Source of the DNA: Patescibacteria group bacterium
Lineage (GTDB): Bacteria; Patescibacteriota; Minisyncoccia; Phycocordibacterales; Phycocordibacteraceae
Assembly: GCA_030837225.1 (NCBI GenBank)
Contig: JAUPKX010000016.1
Span: forward strand, 1 to 57,537
Direction of reading: 5' to 3'
Length of the DNA: 57,537 nt
In this document: positions 54,615 through 57,537 of the stretch, piece after piece
Layout: the number at the start of each line of letters is the position of its first letter
Position numbering within the stretch: position 1 is the first letter of the stretch
Position numbers and translations under genes: made by a program
The notes under the pieces: model-generated
What the model saw: the letters and a program-made list of their open reading frames with translations, nothing else
What the model was told of the DNA's origin: nothing
The model's database searches: none

Positions 54615-55130
54615 ATGTATTCCTGGATGCACCCATCACTCGAGGTTAGAGAGAACGGCACGTTCGGGAAGGGTATTTATGCTGTGAGTAACGTACCCAA
54701 GGGTGAATGCCTGACCATATTTGGAGGTTACGTCATGAGCCTTAAAGACGAGGAGCGACTTCCAGGCCAGATTGTGGATTATGCACATCAGATCTCGGAT
54801 ACACACGCGATTGGCATCAATCGGGAAGAGGACGTTCAACCTGTCGACCACTACAACCACAGCTGCGAACCAAACGCCGGTTTCCGGGGTCAGATTGTTC
54901 TTGAGGCCATGCGCGATATCGCCGCAAATGAGCAGGTGACATTTGATTACGCCATGACACTCGCAGAAGCACCGGGGATTAAGCTGTACGAGCTCGCCTG
55001 CGAGTGCTTGACGCCGAGCTGCAGGAAAGTTGTGACTGATTCCGACTGGCGCCTTCCCGAGATACAGGCGAGGTATCTGGGCTATTTCCAGCTGTATATC
55101 GCCGACAAGATAGAGAAGCTCAATTCTTAA
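54615..55130 (+). CDS. SET-domain methyltransferase with post-SET Cys motif
   Basis: GKGIYA, NHSCEPN, AMRDI...EQVTFDY and CEC....CR motifs. Confidence 0.92.
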   Translation: MYSWMHPSLEVRENGTFGKGIYAVSNVPKGECLTIFGGYVMSLKDEERLPGQIVDYAHQISDTHAIGINREEDVQPVDHYNHSCEPNAGFRGQIVLEAMRDIAANEQVTFDYAMTLAEAPGIKLYELACECLTPSCRKVVTDSDWRLPEIQARYLGYFQLYIADKIEKLNS

Positions 55131-55133
55131 CCT

Positions 55134-56774
55134 ATGCTTTGCCACCTATTTGAAAAACCAGCGTACTTCTTTTTTTCAGCAGACTTACCTGGTTTGCTGT
55201 ACTACTCACACATACCGGTCACGATCATATCGATGCTCATTGCTCTGTTCGTCTTCCTGAACGGTCCGAAGCTTCTTCTAAATCGTCTATTGTTGGTCAT
55301 CGCCGCGTCTTTCTCACTGTGGACTCTTTTCAGTCTTATTACCTGGACCAACACTCATAGCGAGGTAATTCTTTTTGTCTGGTCCTTATTCGGCATCCTT
55401 CAAAGTCTTATTGCTGTGTTCTCGATTTATTTTGTCTACGTTTTCCTGACAAAAAAGGATGTGGGACATGGCCTAAAGCTTATCTTCGTGGGTCTGTTAC
55501 TTCCTTCACTGATCGTAGCGCCGTCTTGGTTGAACCTGAGCGGTTTTAATCTTTCACTTTGCGATAGTTCCGGCCACGAAGGCATCCTATACATCGGGTA
55601 CTACACCTTGCTTGGTCTTGCAGCGATGGGATGGATTTTTGTGCTCTTGATTCGTCACTATCGTGCTGCAAATCAAAACTTTAAAAAGCAGATTCTTACA
55701 ATTGGAGTCGGGATCGAACTTTTCTTGCTCACATTCTTCATTGCAGGTTTCCTTACCAGCTATCTGAATGATATTGGTCTCTTGACTGGCTACGAGCTTG
55801 AGCAGTATGGACTCTTCGGCATGGTGGTGTTTATGAGCGTCCTCGCATTTATGATCGTTAGGTTTAAAACGTTCAATGTGGGCCTCATTGCTGCCCAAGC
55901 ACTCGTCGTTGCGCTTGTGATACTGATTGGTTCTCAGCTAACATTCGTGCGCTCGGTTACGAACATAGTTTTAACATCTATAACTCTTGTGCTTACCGGT
56001 GTTGTTGGCATCATTCTGATTAGAAGCGTTAAACGCGAAGTTGAGCTTCGTAAACATGTAGAGATATTGGCGAAAGATCTTGAGAAATCAAATAAGCAAC
56101 AAATTATCCTTATTCACTTCATTACCCATCAGATTAAGGGATTTGTGTCGAAGTCTCGCAATATCTTCTCAATGATGCACGATGGGGACTTCGGCCCTAT
56201 ACCGGAGGCCATGAAGCCAATGGTTGAGGAAGGTCTCCGATCAGACACGAAGGGTGTAAATACCATTCAGGAGATTCTTAACGCAGCAAATATAAAGAGT
56301 GGGAAAGTTGCATACAGTAAAGAGCCGTTCGATCTCAAGGCGCTTGTTGACGAAGTGGGTCTTGATCTTAAAGCAGGTGCAGAGGCAAAAGGTCTTGCAC
56401 TCAAGCTTGAGACCGGCACAGAATCCCTTATGTACCCTGGAGACAAGGGGCAGCTCGTTAATGCACTCAAGAACCTGATAGACAACTCAATTAAGTACAC
56501 ACTGAAGGGAGAAGTACGGGTGAAGCTTGCGCAGGAAGGCAAGGCAATCCGCTTTATCGTAGAAGACACAGGAGTTGGCATTACACCTGATGATATGAAG
56601 AACCTTTTCACAGAAGGTGGGCATGGCGCAAACTCTGCCAAGATCAATGTTGAGTCTACTGGTTTCGGACTCTACATCGTTAAGAACATTATTGAGGCAC
56701 ACAACGGGAAGGTATGGGCTGAATCTGACGGAGAGGGTAAAGGATCCCGGTTTATCGTGGAGCTTCCCGTGTAG
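55134..56774 (+). CDS. Sensor histidine kinase with N-terminal multi-TM (HisKA-7TM-like) sensor
   Basis: Multiple TMs; H-box FITHQIKG; NLIDNSIKYT, DTGVG and GFGLY boxes. Confidence 0.93.
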   Translation: MLCHLFEKPAYFFFSADLPGLLYYSHIPVTIISMLIALFVFLNGPKLLLNRLLLVIAASFSLWTLFSLITWTNTHSEVILFVWSLFGILQSLIAVFSIYFVYVFLTKKDVGHGLKLIFVGLLLPSLIVAPSWLNLSGFNLSLCDSSGHEGILYIGYYTLLGLAAMGWIFVLLIRHYRAANQNFKKQILTIGVGIELFLLTFFIAGFLTSYLNDIGLLTGYELEQYGLFGMVVFMSVLAFMIVRFKTFNVGLIAAQALVVALVILIGSQLTFVRSVTNIVLTSITLVLTGVVGIILIRSVKREVELRKHVEILAKDLEKSNKQQIILIHFITHQIKGFVSKSRNIFSMMHDGDFGPIPEAMKPMVEEGLRSDTKGVNTIQEILNAANIKSGKVAYSKEPFDLKALVDEVGLDLKAGAEAKGLALKLETGTESLMYPGDKGQLVNALKNLIDNSIKYTLKGEVRVKLAQEGKAIRFIVEDTGVGITPDDMKNLFTEGGHGANSAKINVESTGFGLYIVKNIIEAHNGKVWAESDGEGKGSRFIVELPV

Positions 56775-56778
56775 CCTC

Positions 56779-57411
56779 ATGAAAGAGATATACCTGGTAC
56801 GCCATGGAGAGAGCGAGGGTAATGCAGGTACGCACTATCAGAACGAGAATACTCGGCTAACTGAACTGGGTAGGGAGCAAGCAGCGTTCGTTGCACAGCG
56901 CGCTACTAAGCTGCCCCTGGAGGCACTAATTGCCAGCACCGTGGTGCGAGCTCAGGAGACTGCATCGATAATATCTGAAAGGATTGGACTACCAATAAGC
57001 TCCTCGGAGCTCTTCGTTGAGCGGCGCAGGCCGACGGAACAGATCGACCAACGCAAGGACGATCCGAGTATTATGGCAGCCGAGGAAGCAATTATGCAGA
57101 GCTCGAGCGTACCTGGCATGCGCTTTTCAGACGAGGAGAACTTTGACGATCTAAATGCGCGATCGCGAGCGGCTTTAGCGTTTCTGGAGACTCACCCGAA
57201 GGATAAGATTTTAGTTGTGACGCACGGGGTATTTCTTCGCAACATCGTCGCGCAGGTTATTTTCGGACAAGATCTAAAAGGCGAGGACTGCGGGCATGTT
57301 CTAAACGCGTTCATTGCCAGCAACACAGGGATCACTGTTCTTCGATTCGATCCAACACTAACAAAGCCATGGAAACTTTTGACATGGAATGATCATGCGC
57401 ATCTCGGATAG
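56779..57411 (+). CDS. Histidine phosphatase (phosphoglycerate mutase family)
   Basis: LVRHGES, RAQETA, VVTHG and NDHAHL motifs. Confidence 0.93.
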   Translation: MKEIYLVRHGESEGNAGTHYQNENTRLTELGREQAAFVAQRATKLPLEALIASTVVRAQETASIISERIGLPISSSELFVERRRPTEQIDQRKDDPSIMAAEEAIMQSSSVPGMRFSDEENFDDLNARSRAALAFLETHPKDKILVVTHGVFLRNIVAQVIFGQDLKGEDCGHVLNAFIASNTGITVLRFDPTLTKPWKLLTWNDHAHLG

Positions 57412-57419
57412 ATAGAATA

Positions 57420-57448
57420 AACCGCTCCCTAGGGAGCGGCTTTCAGTT
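57420..57448 (+). terminator. Hairpin after the phosphatase gene
   Basis: ccgctccc/gggagcgg inverted repeat followed by ctttcagttt. Confidence 0.6.
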
Positions 57449-57537
57449 TAGTGTCATCAGGTTGATTGATTAGTTTCTTTTGTTACGCGTGTACGCTGCT
57501 GTGCCGTGAGCTTGGGAAGTGTTCCAGAGGCGCGATA

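Noticed and set aside
57457-57537. 3' end of a minus-strand gene at the window edge (YRASGTLPKLTAQQRTRVTKETNQST*)
   Set aside because: Only 26 codons are visible, so neither frame nor identity can be supported.

Overview
This window reads as a Patescibacteria (CPR, Parcubacteria-like) chromosome segment in genetic code 11. The taxonomy is inferred from gene content and order: short AlaRS, a sigma70-r4/HARE-HTH protein, and an FtsA-like plus baseplate-J-like pair ahead of infA-rpmJ-rpsM-rpsK-rpsD-rpoA-rplQ-rplM-rpsI. The core genes are atpG/D/C, ychF, leuS, mnmA, ung, alaS, the ribosomal/alpha operon, grpE-dnaK-dnaJ and lysS. The main unexplained structure is two integron-like arrays of single-gene cassettes, at 5166-9285 after ychF and at 25623-26525 after alaS. 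Each unrelated accessory gene in them is bounded by a conserved ~31-nt direct repeat, RGTTCCAACATCGTCCCAGACTGCCAGCAAT (7 copies). Each array opens with a shorter 26-nt variant (GGTTCGAT...CAG.CT.C.AGCAAT) laid out like a tRNA 3' end, and closes with a copy whose right arm has diverged. Repeated site-specific integration at one site would produce this polarity. No recombinase is encoded in the window and the repeat is not an attC hairpin. Other points of interest: a promoter-driven small hairpin RNA convergent on a DUF3800 gene, a stand-alone ~135-nt structured RNA before ychF, an atypical Rhs polymorphic toxin followed by an AT-rich poly-immunity tract, a candidate synthase/exporter/SET/7TM-kinase operon, and pervasive leaderless-type promoters. 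All family assignments come from motif recognition by eye; no database searches were run.
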